Positions 63,070 through 64,000 of a DNA stretch of 64,000 nucleotides are shown piece by piece. Position numbers and translations under genes: made by a program. Positions within the stretch are counted from its first letter, which is position 1; the number at the start of each line of letters is the position of its first letter. A model generated the notes under the pieces. That model was not told the origin of the DNA. It saw only the letters and a program-made list of their open reading frames with translations, and searched no databases. Source of the stretch: an uncultured Chloroflexota bacterium (GTDB taxonomy: Bacteria; Chloroflexota; Dehalococcoidia; Lucifugimonadales; UBA826); NCBI GenBank assembly GCA_913048525.1, contig CAJWWP010000002.1, positions 12,426 through 76,425 on the forward strand. The letters are read 5' to 3'.

Positions 63070-64000
63070 ATGAAGGCGTTATATTTCACAGGGGACTCAA
63101 TTGTTGATTCAGCAGATATTGAGGTGCCCAGTCCGGGTAAGGGAGAAGTGGTTTTGCAGATGAAAGCCTCCGGGGTTTGCGGGAGCGACTTGAAAAATTT
63201 TCGAGCCTCCAAGTTGGAAAAGGCAGTTCTCGATGATTTAAAAGTTCCTGGTCACGAGCCTGTAGGAATAGTTTCAGAACTCGGAGAAGGTGTCACTAAC
63301 GTAACTGTGGGAGACAGGATTATGATGCACCACTACACGGGATGCCTTCAGTGCTCAATGTGTCTAATTGGGTACACTCAGATGTGTTTGGTTCATCATG
63401 AGGTTTATGGTTCCACAGCTCATGGTGGTCATCAGGAATATATGTTGGTTCCGTCGTATACATGTATCCCGATGCCAGACGAACTAGATTTTGCAGCGGC
63501 AGCAGCATGTTCCTGTGGTACAGGCACAGCTTTCCACGCTGTGAAGCGAATTCAACCGACGGGATTAGATACTGTTGCAATATTTGGTCAGGGGCCTGTA
63601 GGGCTTTCAGCGACAATGTTTGCCGCCCAGATGGGTGCGAGAGTGATTGCTGTTGATATTTCACCTTACAGATTAAGACTTGCGGAGGAGCTCGGGGCTG
63701 ATGAAGTTATTGACTCTTCAAATGTAAACGTTGAAGAAGCTATAAGGGAGATCACAGGGGGAGAGGGAGCAGATTCTACGTTGGATGCGACGGGCATACC
63801 GGAAGTAAGAATACAGGCCGTGGACAGTGCAAAATATTGGGGCAAGGTATGCTTTGTTGGGGAAGGAAATACAACAACTTTTGACGTGAGTCCTCAGATA
63901 ATACATAAACAACTTACTATATTGGGTTCATGGACTTTCAGTCAGGCTGGGCTCGCAGAAGTAGCCAAATTTGTTGTCGAAAGAAAATCTCCAATTGATA
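63070..64000 (+). CDS. Zn-dependent MDR dehydrogenase, 3'-truncated by the window edge
   Basis: Manual translation from ATG 63070: MKALYF...GVCGSD...PGHEPVG...CLQCSMC..C...GQGPVG; absent from the ORF track because no stop falls in the window. Confidence 0.88.
   Translation, partial: MKALYFTGDSIVDSADIEVPSPGKGEVVLQMKASGVCGSDLKNFRASKLEKAVLDDLKVPGHEPVGIVSELGEGVTNVTVGDRIMMHHYTGCLQCSMCLIGYTQMCLVHHEVYGSTAHGGHQEYMLVPSYTCIPMPDELDFAAAAACSCGTGTAFHAVKRIQPTGLDTVAIFGQGPVGLSATMFAAQMGARVIAVDISPYRLRLAEELGADEVIDSSNVNVEEAIREITGGEGADSTLDATGIPEVRIQAVDSAKYWGKVCFVGEGNTTTFDVSPQIIHKQLTILGSWTFSQAGLAEVAKFVVERKSPID

Overview
A gene-dense, mostly housekeeping and catabolic bacterial chromosome segment with no integrase, transposase, prophage or CRISPR array visible. 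The gene content points to a marine SAR202-like Dehalococcoidia (Chloroflexota), which is an inference: four luciferase-like monooxygenases, cofC/cofD F420 genes, three family-III CoA-transferases, a mandelate-racemase-family enzyme, DUF885, PAC2 and NIPSNAP. Core genes are recF, ligA, gyrB, panB/panC, surE, nudC, a pdh/lpd cluster, uxuA, msrB and three tRNAs (Phe-GAA, Gly-GCC, Asn-GTT). The standout is a thiolase-fold gene (32841..31672, minus strand) that the ORF track splits. It is one 389-codon frame interrupted by two in-frame UGA codons, both in active-site loops (YD-U-YT and NG-U-GG). Each UGA is followed by a hairpin carrying the same UGUGC at +20..+24. It is a candidate double-selenocysteine thiolase/aldolase, encoded beside its DUF35 OB-fold partner. 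Other points of interest: an ATA start for recF; a pan operon without panD/panE but led by a ThnT/DmpA-type hydrolase behind a terminator-containing leader; a long structured gyrB leader; a stand-alone SAP-like protein; and an HTH-ACT fusion. All calls are by eye; no database searches were run.
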